From: Azolla caroliniana
Lineage: Eukaryota; Plantae; Polypodiophyta
Assembly (NCBI GenBank): GCA_043228905.1
Contig: JBHGNT010001037.1
Location: forward strand, 1-12,750
DNA length: 12,750 bases
Reading direction: 5' to 3'
The notes beneath the pieces are model-generated. The model was not told the DNA's origin. It was given only the letters and a program-made list of their open reading frames with translations, and made no database searches. Both the position numbers and the translations under genes were made by a program. Below, one piece after another: positions 11,438-12,750 of this stretch (the stretch's first letter is position 1; every line of letters begins with the position of its first letter).

Positions 11438-12750
11438 CGACCTGAGTTTCAAAATCTTGATTTCTTAATTGCATATCATAGCTAGCGTTGTTAGCTTCGA
11501 TTCGGAGGTTTGAACACTAAAATCCGACATCACACGAGCCACATATGAACATTTTAATTTAGCTACTAGCTCTTCTCAACCACCTCCCCAAATTTGGTAA
11601 TTTCGTCGTGTCTCTCGACCTGAGTTTTCAAGATCTTGATTTTTTAATTCCATATCATAGCTAGCGTTGTTAGTTTCGATTTGCTTGTTTGAACACAAAA
11701 ATCCGATATCACACGAGCCACGTATGAACATTTTAATTTAGCTACTAGCTCTTCTCATCCACCTCCTCAAATTTGGTAATTTCTTCATGTCTCTCGACCT
11801 GAGTTTCAAAATCTTGATTTTTTAATTCTATATCATAGCTAGCGTTGTTAGCTTCGATTCGCATGTTTGAACACAAAAATCCGATATCACACGAGCCACG
11901 TATGAACATTTTAATTTACTCACGCGCTCTTCTCAACTCCCTCCTCAAATTTGCTAATTTCGTCATGTCTCTCTACCTGAGTTTCAAAATCTTGATTTTT
12001 TAATTCCATATCATAGCTAGCGTTGTTAGTTTCGATTTGCATGTTTGAACCAAAAAAATCCGATATCACACGAGCCACGTATGAAAATTTTAATTTGGCT
12101 ACTAGCTCTTCTCAACCACCTCCTCAAATTTGGTAATTTCGTCATGTCTCTCGACCTGAGTTTCAAAATCTTGATTTCTTAATTGCATATCATAGCTAGC
12201 GTTCTTAGCTTCGATTCGGAGGTTTGAACACTAAAATCCGATATCACACGAGCCACATATGAACATTTTAATTTACTCACGCGCTCTTCTCAACCACCTC
12301 CTCAAATTTGGTAATTTCGTCATGAATCTCGACCTGAGTTTCAAAATCTTGATTTTTTAATTCTATATCATAGCTAGCGTTGTTAGCTTCGATTCGCATG
12401 TTTGAACACAAAAATCCGATATCACACGAGCCACGTATGACCATTTTAACTTTGCTACTAGCTCTTCTCAACCACCTCCTCAAAATTGGTAATTTCGTCA
12501 TGTATCTCGACCTGAGTTTCAAAATCTTGATTTTTTAATTCTATATCATAGCTAGCGTTGTTAGCTTCGATTCGCATGTTTGAACACAAAAATCCGATAT
12601 CACACGAGCCACGTATGAACATTTTAATTTACTCACGCGCTCTTCTCAACTCCCTCCTCAAATTTGGTAATTTCGTCATGTCTCTCTACCTGAGTTTCAA
12701 AATCTTGATTTTTTAATTCCATATCATAGCTAGCGTTGTTAGCTTCGATT

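Larger units (their letters stand above)
5051..12750. repeat. Telomere-adjacent tandem satellite array, 178-bp AT-rich monomer, 43 complete copies + 1 partial, continuing beyond the window
   Basis: The anchor CGACCTGAG (or its variants CTACC/CCACC/CTGAA) recurs at 5051, 5229, 5407, 5585, 5741, 5919, 6097 ... 10191, 10369, 10548 ... 12330, 12508, 12686. Spacing is 178 bp except one 156-bp unit and three 179-bp units (starting 10369, 11616, 11973). All copies are in the same orientation. Confidence 0.98.

Noticed and set aside
5176-12522. Ten near-identical 68-81 aa minus-strand ORFs (MTKLPNLRRWLRR...) that look like a tandem small-peptide gene family
   Set aside because: They are translations of the satellite. 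Each spans a monomer junction and re-reads the same DNA in another frame because 178 is not a multiple of 3. They appear only where particular SNPs (e.g. the ttggct variant) remove stop codons. There is no recognisable domain or gene structure.
5051-12750. CRISPR-like or coding repeat array
   Set aside because: There are no unique spacers; the entire unit is repeated, and the context is a eukaryotic telomere.

Overview
This window is a plant-type chromosome end with no genes. Positions ~50-5050 are an Arabidopsis-type telomere read on the C-rich strand, (CCCTAAA)n, about 5 kb or ~710 units. It is essentially perfect from ~310 to ~4975, with a degenerate tip (1-~130) and a short degenerate inner edge (~4976-5050). 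At 5051 it joins with no spacer to a head-to-tail AT-rich satellite of 178-bp monomers: 43 complete monomers plus a partial one that runs off the window. The monomers fall into about six variant classes in non-random order, forming imperfect higher-order repeats (recurring 5-monomer blocks, often 7 monomers or ~1246 bp apart). There is one 22-bp deletion monomer, three +1 monomers and several mosaic monomers. The supplied ORFs are chance products of the satellite. I could not assign the satellite to a named family or species, and I see no evidence for a novel protein-coding system. The interest lies in the junction and the array architecture.
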